This document shows positions 50,086-58,470 of a stretch of DNA of 64,000 nt, in pieces. Within the stretch, counting starts at the first letter, position 1, and each line of letters begins with the position of its first letter. Source of the stretch: Elusimicrobiota bacterium (lineage in GTDB: Bacteria > Elusimicrobiota > Elusimicrobia > UBA1565 > UBA9628); NCBI GenBank assembly GCA_033875325.1, contig JANRKA010000111.1, forward strand, positions 66,790-130,789, written 5' to 3'. The position numbers were made by a program, and so were the translations under genes. Below the pieces are notes generated by a model, which worked only from the letters and a program-made list of their open reading frames with translations, was not told the DNA's origin and made no database searches.

Positions 50086-51516
50086 ATGATTTTTTTTGCC
50101 GAAAAAATGACTGATGGTCATAAAATGAACAGCGGTCGCATTATTGTAAGCCTGGCGTTTCTCGCGTTGCCGGCGGCCGCGCAGACCCTTCCTCTGGACG
50201 CCTTCCTTCGTCAGGTCGAGGAGAAACACGGCGGCGTGCGCGCCGCGGCCGAAGCCGAGACGGGTTCGCGCGCGCGCGCGGCCGAAGGCGAGCTGCCGCT
50301 GTCTCCGTTGATGTTCTTCGAGGGGGAGCGTTCGCTCGACGCCTCGCCCAAGAACTTCCCCGCGGCCGAAGGCGAACGCGTGGAGCGCAGCTCCGCGCGC
50401 GCGGGCATCAGCCGCAAGACCACGCTCGGCCTCAGCGCCAAGGTCTTCTACGCGTTCTCGCGCAACGACCTCAACGGCGCGGACCCGAACTTCGTGCGGC
50501 CGCCTTCCTATTATTTCGCCAGCCCGGGCGGCGAGTTGAGCCTGGACCTGTGGCGCAACCTGTTCGGCCGCGAGACGCGGGCGCGCGTGGACGCGACGCG
50601 CCAGCGCGCGCTGGGCCGTTCGCGCCAGTCGCGCTTGGAGCGTCGCCGCTTGCTGGCCGAGGCCGAGGCCGCGTATTGGACGCTGTCCGCCGCGCGCCGC
50701 AAGGAGGGCATCGCGGCGGAAAGCCTCGAACGCGCCGAGACCCTGCGCGACTGGGTCGCCGACCGCGTGAACCGCCGGCTCGCGGACCGTTCCGAGGGCT
50801 TGGAGGCCGAAGCCGTGGTCCGCCTGCGCGCGCTCGAGCTCCGGGCCGCGGCCGATGAGCGCCGGACCGCGGAGCGCGCCTTCGCCGCCCAGCTCGGCGG
50901 CGGCGACGCCGCCGGCGAACTCGCCGCGCTCGACGATGACGGCTCGGTCCCGCGCCGCGCCGCCGTGCCCGACGACGTCGCGACCGCCGGCCACGACGAG
51001 GCCGCTTCCGCCGCGGAAGCGCGACTCGGCGTGGAAGGCACCCGCCCCGCCGTCGAGCTCTACGCCGCCGGCTCGCTCAACGGCCGGCGCGGCGCGTCCT
51101 CGCAGGCCGTCAACGACTCCTTCAGCCCCGACGGGCCGCGTTACGCCGTGGGTTTGAGGGCGACTTATTCGCTGGACCCCGCTCTGGTGCGCGGCGTGCG
51201 CGACGGCTACCGCCAGGAGGCGAAATCCGCGGCCTCCCGTCGCGGCCGCGCCGAGCTCGACGCCGCGGAGCGTTGGAAGGACCTCGAAGCCGGGCTGGGC
51301 GACGCTCGCGAGCGCGTGAAGCTGGCGCGCGCCATCGAGGAGACCCAGAAGGAGCGCGCGGAGGCCGAACGCCGCCGCCGCGAGGAAGGGCGCACCACGA
51401 CCTTCTTCGTGCTGCAGGCCGAGCAGGACTGGGCGTCGGCGCGCCGCGCGCGCGTCGAGGCCGAGTTGGGCGTGAGACTGACTTTGGCGCGCATGAAGCC
51501 GTTCACCGAGGAATAA
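50086..51516 (+). CDS. TolC/OEP-family outer-membrane efflux protein
   Basis: ATG 50086 is preceded by TAGGAGGAGT, a Shine-Dalgarno sequence overlapping the TetR stop (alternative ATG 50125). The signal peptide ends in ALPAAAQT. Two OEP-like repeats are rich in coiled segments. Confidence 0.8.
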   Translation: MIFFAEKMTDGHKMNSGRIIVSLAFLALPAAAQTLPLDAFLRQVEEKHGGVRAAAEAETGSRARAAEGELPLSPLMFFEGERSLDASPKNFPAAEGERVERSSARAGISRKTTLGLSAKVFYAFSRNDLNGADPNFVRPPSYYFASPGGELSLDLWRNLFGRETRARVDATRQRALGRSRQSRLERRRLLAEAEAAYWTLSAARRKEGIAAESLERAETLRDWVADRVNRRLADRSEGLEAEAVVRLRALELRAAADERRTAERAFAAQLGGGDAAGELAALDDDGSVPRRAAVPDDVATAGHDEAASAAEARLGVEGTRPAVELYAAGSLNGRRGASSQAVNDSFSPDGPRYAVGLRATYSLDPALVRGVRDGYRQEAKSAASRRGRAELDAAERWKDLEAGLGDARERVKLARAIEETQKERAEAERRRREEGRTTTFFVLQAEQDWASARRARVEAELGVRLTLARMKPFTEE

Positions 51517-51519
51517 ACC

Positions 51520-54500
51520 ATGGATCTTCCCGAACTGTCGGTCAAACGCCCCGTCTTCGTCACCAGCGTCGTCGTGCTCATGCTGGCGGCCGGCGGTTTG
51601 ATGATGACGCGCCTGGGCGTGGACCTGTTCCCCGACGTCACCTTCCCGGTCGTCAACGCCACCGTGGAATACCCCGGCGCCGGCCCCGACGAGATCGAGA
51701 CCCAGGTGCTCAAGCCCCTGGAGGACGAGATCTCCACCATCGCGGGCTTGAAGAAGCTGCGCGGCGTGGCCAAAGAAGGCGTCGGCGTCGTCATCGCCGA
51801 GTTCACGCTCGAGACCGACTCCAAATACGCCGAGCAGCAGGTGCGTGACCGCGTGGCCCTGGCCAAACGCAAGCTGCCCGAGGACGCCAAGGAACCCGTC
51901 ATCCGCCGCTTCGACCCGGGCGACATGCCGCAGCTGGCCATCGCGGTCTCCGCCGACCTGCCGCCGGGCGAGCTCTACGACCTGGCCGACGACGTCGTGC
52001 GCCCCGCGCTCCAACAGGTGGACCAGGTGGGCTTGGTCGAGGTCATCGGCGGCCGCAAACGCGAGATCCGCGCCGAGCTCGACCGCGCCCAGCTGGCGCG
52101 GCGCGAGGTCTCGGCCGCGCAGGTGTCCGACGCTTTGCGCGCCGCGGGAAAGAACACGCCCGCCGGGCGCGTCACGCGCGGCGGCGGCGACCGTTTGTTC
52201 CGCACGCTCGGCGACTTCACCGACCCGGCCGAGGTGGGCTCGGTCGTCGTGGCCTTCCGCGGCAACGAGGTGCCCATCCGCGTGCGCGACCTGGGGACCG
52301 TCGTGGACGGCCTGCAGGACGAACGCACCCGCGCCTTCTGGAACGGCAAACCCGCGCTCTACGTCCAAGTCTACCGCCAGTCCGGCTCGAACACCTTGGC
52401 CGTCGTGGCCGCGGTGAAGGCCCGCCTGGCCAAGCTCCAGGAGGAGCTGGCCTCGCGCCCCGGCGCCCCGAAGCTCACCGTGGTCATGGACCGCTCCAAG
52501 GCCATCGACGACAACATCTGGGACGTGCAGGAGACCATCCTCGTGGGCATCGTGCTCACCTTCGTGGTCGTGTTCTTTTTCCTCGGCAGCGCCCGCTCCA
52601 CCCTCATCACGGGCCTCGCCATCCCGAACTCTTTGCTCGGCGCCTTCGTCCTCATGTATTTCGCGGGCTTCACCATCAACATGATGACCTTGCTCGCCAT
52701 GAGCCTGGCCGTCGGCCTGCTCATCGACGACGCCATCGTGGTGCGCGAGAACATCTTCAAGCGCCAGGAGGCCGGCGAGCCCGCGCTCTCTGCGGCCGTG
52801 GACGGCGCGCGCGAGGTGTCCTTGGCCGTCGTGGCGACGACGGCGGCGGTGGCCGCCGTTTTCCTGCCCATCGCCTTCCTCAACGGCGTGGTCGGCCAGT
52901 TCTTTAAAGAGTTCGGCCTCACGGTCGTCTTCGCGATGGCCATCAGCCTTTTCGACGCGCTCACCATCGCGCCCATGCTCTCCGCGTATTTCGCGGGCGG
53001 CGGGGCGCACGCGCCCAAGGGCACGGGCCCGGTCGCGCGCGCGGTCGCGGCCGTGGACCGCTGGCAGACGCGCCTGGAGGATTCCTACGCCGCCGCCCTG
53101 CGCGGCTGGGGCCGCCGGCCCGGCCCGGTGCTCGGCGGCGCGCTCGCCGTCTTCGCGCTGAGCCTGGTGGCGGCCGGGTTCGTGCCCAAGACCTTCCTGC
53201 CCCCGCAGGACATCGGCTTGTTCTCCGTCACGCTGGAGCTGGAGCCCGGCGCGAGCCTGGAGGCCACGGCCGCCGCCGCCGCGAAGGTGGACGCGGTGCT
53301 GCGCGCCCGCCCGGAGGTCAAGACCACCAAGCTCACGGTGGGCACGCTCGACAACGAGTCGCACAAAGCGGACTTCTTCGTGGAGCTCGTGCCGCGCAAA
53401 GCCCGCTCCATGAACACCACGCGTTTCAAAGAGCTCATGCGCGAGGAGCTCAAGCCGCTGGCGGCCTACAAGCCGGCGGTGAAGGACTACGACGACTTCG
53501 GCGCGGGCGAGCGGCCGTTCAACCTCGTATTCCTCGGACAGGACGCGAAGGTCCTGCGCGAGTTCGCCGACAAGGCCTACGCGCGCCTCAAGGACCACCC
53601 CGGCCTGCTCGAGCCCGACCTCAGCGAGAAACCGGGCAAACCCGAGGTGCGCGCGGTGGTGGACGACGCCGCGGCCAAACGCCTCGGCCTGTCCACGGCT
53701 CTCGTCGGCCGCGAGCTGCGCGCCCAGATCGAAGGCGAGCTGCCCGCGGTGTTCCGCAAGGACGGGCGCGAATACGACGTCCGCGTGCGACTCAAGGAAG
53801 ACCAGCGCGACCTGGAATCCTCCTTCGCCTCCGCGGCCGTGCCCAACCTCAACGGCCGCCTCGTGCGGCTCAACGACGCGGTGCGCCTGGTGTCCGGGCG
53901 CTCGCCGTCCACGGTCAACCGCTCCGCGCGCGCGCGCTCCGTGCGCCTGGAGGCCGACGTGGCTCCCGACGGCCCGGGCTTGGGCGGGGTCATGTCCGAC
54001 TTCCGGGCCTTGCTCGACGGAGAGCTCAAGCCGCCGCAGGGCGTGACCTACCGCTTCGAGGGCCAGGCCGAGAACTTCGAGGAGCTGGTCATGAACATGG
54101 CCATCGCGGCCTTGCTCGGCACCTTCTTCATCTACCTGGTGCTCGCCAGCCTCTACGAGTCCTTCGTCACGCCCTTCACCATCATGCTCGTGCTGCCGTT
54201 GGCGGCCAGCGGCGGCTTCTTCGCTTTGCTCGTCACGGGCAAGTCGCTCGACGTCTATTCGATGATCGGCATGATCCTGCTGCTGGGCATCGCGACGAAG
54301 AACTCCATCCTGCTGGTGGACCGCACCAAGCAGCTCACCGACGGGGGCATGGAGGAAAGCGAGGCGGTGGTCCAGGCGGGCCGCGACCGCCTGCGCCCCA
54401 TCCTCATGACCTCCTTCGCGCTGGTGGCGGGCATGATCCCCGTCGCCGTGGGTCTCAACGAGGCGTCGGCCCAGCGCACGAGCATGGGCGTGACCGCGGT

Positions 54501-54678
54501 GGGCGGCATCATCAGCTCGACCTTGCTGACTTTGTTCGTCGTGCCCGCGGCCTACGCGCTTCTGGAGCGTTTCCGCCGCTGGTCGTTGGGCCTGGCCCGC
54601 CGCGCCGGCGGGCTGGACAAGACCCCGCGACAGGCCGAGCCGCGCTCCGCGCCCGTCGCGGAGACCGCCGCCGTTTAG
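51520..54678 (+). CDS. RND-family (AcrB/HAE1-type) efflux permease
   Basis: 1052 aa. Typical features: N-terminus RPVFVTSVVVLMLAAG, 12 TM segments and two large loops, and GLLIDDAIVVRENI. Confidence 0.9.
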   Translation: MDLPELSVKRPVFVTSVVVLMLAAGGLMMTRLGVDLFPDVTFPVVNATVEYPGAGPDEIETQVLKPLEDEISTIAGLKKLRGVAKEGVGVVIAEFTLETDSKYAEQQVRDRVALAKRKLPEDAKEPVIRRFDPGDMPQLAIAVSADLPPGELYDLADDVVRPALQQVDQVGLVEVIGGRKREIRAELDRAQLARREVSAAQVSDALRAAGKNTPAGRVTRGGGDRLFRTLGDFTDPAEVGSVVVAFRGNEVPIRVRDLGTVVDGLQDERTRAFWNGKPALYVQVYRQSGSNTLAVVAAVKARLAKLQEELASRPGAPKLTVVMDRSKAIDDNIWDVQETILVGIVLTFVVVFFFLGSARSTLITGLAIPNSLLGAFVLMYFAGFTINMMTLLAMSLAVGLLIDDAIVVRENIFKRQEAGEPALSAAVDGAREVSLAVVATTAAVAAVFLPIAFLNGVVGQFFKEFGLTVVFAMAISLFDALTIAPMLSAYFAGGGAHAPKGTGPVARAVAAVDRWQTRLEDSYAAALRGWGRRPGPVLGGALAVFALSLVAAGFVPKTFLPPQDIGLFSVTLELEPGASLEATAAAAAKVDAVLRARPEVKTTKLTVGTLDNESHKADFFVELVPRKARSMNTTRFKELMREELKPLAAYKPAVKDYDDFGAGERPFNLVFLGQDAKVLREFADKAYARLKDHPGLLEPDLSEKPGKPEVRAVVDDAAAKRLGLSTALVGRELRAQIEGELPAVFRKDGREYDVRVRLKEDQRDLESSFASAAVPNLNGRLVRLNDAVRLVSGRSPSTVNRSARARSVRLEADVAPDGPGLGGVMSDFRALLDGELKPPQGVTYRFEGQAENFEELVMNMAIAALLGTFFIYLVLASLYESFVTPFTIMLVLPLAASGGFFALLVTGKSLDVYSMIGMILLLGIATKNSILLVDRTKQLTDGGMEESEAVVQAGRDRLRPILMTSFALVAGMIPVAVGLNEASAQRTSMGVTAVGGIISSTLLTLFVVPAAYALLERFRRWSLGLARRAGGLDKTPRQAEPRSAPVAETAAV

Positions 54679-54817
54679 GAGGACACATGGACGAACGCGA
54701 TGACGAGGACCGGGACTGCCGCCCCGTCTACCGTTGGACCGCGGATTCACGACTGCTGAAGACGACGCGCTGCGGCGCGGCGGACGCGACGCGCGACGAA
54801 AAAGGAGAACTCAGACC

Positions 54818-55585
54818 ATGAAACTCGACGGCCGCACCATCCTCATCACCGGAGGCTCCGCCGGCATCGGCCTCGCCTTCGCGCTCAAGTTCGTCGAGCT
54901 CGGCAACGAGGTCATCGTGACCGGCCGGCGCCGCGCGGTCCTCGACGAGCTGAAGTCGAAGCACCCGAAGCTGCACGTGATGCAAAGCGACGCCGCCGAT
55001 CCCGCCCAGATCGCGGCGCTCGCGGCGCGGGTCAAGAGGGAATTCCCCAAGCTCGACGTCTTGATGAACAACGCGGGCATCCTGCTGTACAAGGACCTGA
55101 AGGCTCCGGCTTCGGACCTCGCCGGGCTGACGGCGGAGATGGAGATCAACGTGGGCGGCGTCGTCCGGACGACCTCCGCGTTCATCGACTTGTTGAGGGC
55201 CAACAAGGGCACGGTCATCAACGTCTCCTCGGGCCTGGCCTTCGTGCCGCTGCCGGCCGCTCCGATCTACAGCGCCACCAAGGCCGCGATCCACTCCTAC
55301 ACGCAATCGCTGCGGTTCCAGTTGGAGGAGACCGGCGTGGAGGTCGTCGAGATCATGCCTCCGGCCGTGAAGACCGACATGACGGCGGCTTTCTCCGAGG
55401 GTGAAGGCGTGCCCCTGATGACCACAGATGAATTGGTGAGCCTCTCCGTCGCTTCCCTCGAAGCGGGTAAGCTCGAGATCCGGCCGGGGCAGGCCAATCA
55501 GCTCGCGTTCATGAGCCGGCTCGCGCCCGGCTTCATCAACGGGCAGCTGTGGAAGGCCTCCAAGCGTCTGGTGCCCTCCGCATGA
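54818..55585 (+). CDS. Classical SDR-family oxidoreductase
   Basis: Internal ATG 54818 is preceded by AAGGAG. Motifs: ILITGGSAGIGLA, NNAG, YSATKAAIHSY. Confidence 0.85.
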   Translation: MKLDGRTILITGGSAGIGLAFALKFVELGNEVIVTGRRRAVLDELKSKHPKLHVMQSDAADPAQIAALAARVKREFPKLDVLMNNAGILLYKDLKAPASDLAGLTAEMEINVGGVVRTTSAFIDLLRANKGTVINVSSGLAFVPLPAAPIYSATKAAIHSYTQSLRFQLEETGVEVVEIMPPAVKTDMTAAFSEGEGVPLMTTDELVSLSVASLEAGKLEIRPGQANQLAFMSRLAPGFINGQLWKASKRLVPSA

Positions 55586-56676
55586 AGCGCTACGCCGCCT
55601 TCTTGGGGACGCTCGCCGCGCTCGGCGGTTACGCGTCCTTGAAGGCGGCCGCGGCGTTCCCGGCCTGCGCGCTCCCGGCGGCGGCCGCGGGTCTGGTCCC
55701 GCCGGCCCTCGCCGTCTGGTGGCAGGTCTCGTATCGCAACGGGACGCTGGATGAGGACTCGTTGGGGGCCCGAGCGCTGGCGTGGGTCGCCGCCGCGGGT
55801 TTGGGCGTGTGGGCGACCTTCCTGTTGTTGTCGGCCGCGGGCGACGCCGTGTCCTTGCTGCCGCGCGTGGAGCTGCCGGGCGCGGCGGTCGCCGCGGCGG
55901 CGGGGCTCATCGCGACGGCCGGGCTCGCGCAGGCGTTGGCGGGTCCGCGCGCGCGCGAGCTGGAGGTCCCCATCGAAGGGTTGCCGGCGGGGCTCGACGG
56001 GCTGCGTATCGTCCACCTCAGCGACCTGCACATCGGTCCGACCATCCGCCGCAAGGAGGTGGCCGCCGTGGTCGAACGCGCGCTGGCGCTCAAGCCCGAC
56101 CTCATCGCCGTCACCGGCGACCTCGTGGACGGCGCCCCGGCGCGGCTGGCCCGCCAGGTCGCGCCGTTGGCGGCCCTGCGGGCGCCCTTGGGCGTCTACT
56201 TCGTCACCGGCAACCACGAGTACTACTGGGACGCGCCCGCGTGGCTGGCGCAGGTGCGCGAGTTGGGGCTGACGCCGCTCGTCAACGAAGGCGTCGTGCT
56301 CTCGCGCGAGGGCGACCGGTTCCTGGTGGCCGGCGTGCCCGACGAATCCGGCGGTCACTTCGTCGAGGGGCACTTCCCGCATCATCGCGCCGCGGCCATC
56401 GGCCCGGCCGACTTCAAGATACTGCTCGCCCACCGCCCCGACGGCGTGCCCGCGGCCGAACGCGCGGGTTTCCGGCTGCAGCTCTCGGGGCACACGCACG
56501 GCGGCCAGTTCTTCCCGGCCAGCCTGTTCATCGGGTTGTTCCACCGCTTCACGCGCGGCCTGGCGCGTCACGGGCGCATGTGGGTGCACGTCAGTCCCGG
56601 CACCGGCTACTGGGGCCCGCCGCACCGTTTCGGCGTCCCCGCCGAGATCACCGCGCTGACGCTGCGGCGGGGCTAG
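55582..56676 (+). CDS. Membrane-anchored metallophosphoesterase (calcineurin-like)
   Basis: Internal ATG 55582 overlaps the SDR TGA (ATGA). N-terminal TM segments are present. Motifs: HLSDLHIG, TGDLVDG, TGNHEYY, SGHTHGGQ. Confidence 0.85.
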   Translation: MKRYAAFLGTLAALGGYASLKAAAAFPACALPAAAAGLVPPALAVWWQVSYRNGTLDEDSLGARALAWVAAAGLGVWATFLLLSAAGDAVSLLPRVELPGAAVAAAAGLIATAGLAQALAGPRARELEVPIEGLPAGLDGLRIVHLSDLHIGPTIRRKEVAAVVERALALKPDLIAVTGDLVDGAPARLARQVAPLAALRAPLGVYFVTGNHEYYWDAPAWLAQVRELGLTPLVNEGVVLSREGDRFLVAGVPDESGGHFVEGHFPHHRAAAIGPADFKILLAHRPDGVPAAERAGFRLQLSGHTHGGQFFPASLFIGLFHRFTRGLARHGRMWVHVSPGTGYWGPPHRFGVPAEITALTLRRG

Positions 56677-56918
56677 TCGTCCTCTCGTTCGAAGGGCTTC
56701 TTGACGAGTTTGCCGCCTTCCTTCGAGAGGGCTTCGACTTTCGTCTTGGCTTCCTCCAGGCGGGCGGTCAATTCCTTGGCGAGCACGACGCCTTTCTCGT
56801 AGAGGGCGAGGGATTCTTCCAGTCCCTTGTCGCCGCCTTCGAGCTCGCGCACGAGGGCTTCGAGTTCCTCCAGGGACTTCTCGAAGGGCACGGCCTTGTC
56901 GGTCTTGGTCTTGCTCAT
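56673..56918 (-). CDS. xseB: Exodeoxyribonuclease VII small subunit
   Basis: Internal ATG 56918 overlaps the xseA stop by 4 nt. The 81-aa product contains FEKSLEELEALVRELEGGDKGLEESLALYEKG. Confidence 0.9.
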   Translation of the reverse strand: MSKTKTDKAVPFEKSLEELEALVRELEGGDKGLEESLALYEKGVVLAKELTARLEEAKTKVEALSKEGGKLVKKPFEREDD

Positions 56919-58108
56919 GATGTCACCTCGCAGGAAAGCTCTCCGTCGGACAGGCGCACGCGCACGGGGTCGCCTTTTTTCACTTGGGACGCCTTGGTCA
57001 GCACCTTGCCGCGGCTCTCGGCGATGGCGTAGCCGCGCGCCAACACCTTGAGCGGACTGATGGCGTCCAGGCGTCCGGCCGTCGCGGCCAGGCGCAGGCC
57101 AGCGCGTTCGACGAGCCGCGCCAACGCCTCGGGCAGTCGGGCGGCCAGCTCGTCCACGCGTTGAGCGTCGCGCTCCCACAGGCGGCGCGGGTCGCCCAGC
57201 AACGGGTGCGACGCCGCGCGCGCCAGGCGCTGTTCCAAGGCTTCGAGCAGGCCGGCCAGCTCCGCGCCCATGGCCTCGGCAAGGTCGCCCACGCGCTCCC
57301 GCAGCGCGGCTTTCTCGGGCACGGCGAGTTCGGCCGCGGCGGACGGCGTGGGCGCGCGCAGGTCGGCGACGAGGTCGGCGACGGTCCAATCCGTCTCGTG
57401 GCCCACGCAGGAGATGACGGGGATGGCCGACGCGGCGATGGCGCGGGCCACGGGCTCCTCGTTGAAGGCCCACAGGTCCTCGATGGAGCCGCCGCCTCGG
57501 CCCACCAGCAGGACCTCGGTGTCGGGGGCGAGCGTGTTGAAGCCCGCGATGGCCTCCGAAATCTCGGCCGCGGCGCCGGGGCCCTGCACCTTCACGGGCC
57601 AGACGCGGATGACCAGGCCGGGCCAGCGGCGCGACAAGACGGTGATGATGTCGCGCACGGCCGCCCCCGAACCGGAGGTCACCACGCCGACGACGGAGGG
57701 GGAGGGCGGCAGCGGCTTCTTGCGGTCGTCGTCGAAGAGGCCTTCCGCCTGAAGTTTGGCCTTGAGCTGCTCCAGCGCGAGCTGGAGCGCGCCTTTTTCG
57801 CGCGGCTCGACCGCCGAGAGGATGAGCTGCAGCTCGCCGCGGGGCTCGTAGGAGGTGACGCGGCAGCGGGCCAACACCTTGAGCCCGTCCACGAGCTTGA
57901 ACTTCACGCCGAAGGCCGCGCCTTTGAACAACACGGCGCGCACCTGCGCCTTCTCGTCCTTGAGGGTCAGGTAGGTGTGCCCGGACGGGTAGGTCTTGCA
58001 GTTGGAGACCTCGCCCTCGACCCACAACTCCGAGAAGGACGCCTCCAGCAGCTCGTGGACCTGCGCGTTGAGCTCGGAGACCGTCACCGTCCGGCGCGTC
58101 GTCTCCAC
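56915..58108 (-). CDS. xseA: Exodeoxyribonuclease VII large subunit
   Basis: The start is taken at GTG 58108, 2 nt after the upstream TAG. Motifs: VSELNAQVHELLE...WVEGEVSN and VGRGGGSIEDLWAFNEE. Confidence 0.9.
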   Translation of the reverse strand: METTRRTVTVSELNAQVHELLEASFSELWVEGEVSNCKTYPSGHTYLTLKDEKAQVRAVLFKGAAFGVKFKLVDGLKVLARCRVTSYEPRGELQLILSAVEPREKGALQLALEQLKAKLQAEGLFDDDRKKPLPPSPSVVGVVTSGSGAAVRDIITVLSRRWPGLVIRVWPVKVQGPGAAAEISEAIAGFNTLAPDTEVLLVGRGGGSIEDLWAFNEEPVARAIAASAIPVISCVGHETDWTVADLVADLRAPTPSAAAELAVPEKAALRERVGDLAEAMGAELAGLLEALEQRLARAASHPLLGDPRRLWERDAQRVDELAARLPEALARLVERAGLRLAATAGRLDAISPLKVLARGYAIAESRGKVLTKASQVKKGDPVRVRLSDGELSCEVTS

Positions 58109-58110
58109 GC

Positions 58111-58425
58111 CTACTCCGCGCGCGGGCGCGTCAGCCAGGCCAACGCGGCACCCGCGAAGGACCAGGCGACGAGCGCTTCGAGCAGCGCGCCGCCCGTCAT
58201 GTCCCACGGCGCGCGCCCGGCCCAGGCCAGCGTCCCCGCGGTCAGCAGGAAAAGGACCTTCTCGACGAGCGACCGCGGCCCGAGCTGCTCGAGGAGCAAG
58301 GTCGCGAGGAATCCGGCGAGCAGGCAGCCGAACAGGCTCGGCCCGACCGGCGAAGCCCACGGCGCCATGGCGCAGGCGGCGAGCACGAGCCCCCCGACGA
58401 AGGTCCCCGCGAGCAGCCTCTTCAT
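58111..58425 (-). CDS. Small (104-aa) membrane protein of unknown function
   Basis: Internal ATG 58425 lies 6 nt downstream of a TATAAT box. It has three hydrophobic segments. The rest of tracked ORF 58111-59022 is wrong-frame, antisense to the reading frame of rarA. Confidence 0.6.
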   Translation of the reverse strand: MKRLLAGTFVGGLVLAACAMAPWASPVGPSLFGCLLAGFLATLLLEQLGPRSLVEKVLFLLTAGTLAWAGRAPWDMTGGALLEALVAWSFAGAALAWLTRPRAE

Positions 58426-58431
58426 GCCGTG

Positions 58432-58437
58432 ATTATA
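58432..58437 (-). promoter_or_regulatory. -10 box TATAAT, 6 nt upstream of ATG 58425
   Basis: The minus strand reads hairpin-TTTC-TATAAT-CACGGC-ATG. Confidence 0.55.
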
Positions 58438-58441
58438 GAAA

Positions 58442-58470
58442 GTAACGAAAGGGACAGTCCCTTTCGTTAC
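58442..58470 (-). terminator. Perfect 29-bp palindrome GTAACGAAAGGGAC-A-GTCCCTTTCGTTAC overlapping the rarA TAA stop; likely intrinsic terminator, repeat copy A
   Basis: Read directly. It has 14+14 complementary arms. On the minus strand it is followed by TTTCTATAAT. Confidence 0.55.

Noticed and set aside
50041-54750. A 1569-aa minus-strand ORF, the longest in the track
   Set aside because: It runs antisense to the well-supported TolC and RND genes. Its translation is dominated by Arg, Gly, Ala, His, Glu and Asp runs with no recognisable motifs, which is typical of a stop-free wrong frame in GC-rich DNA.
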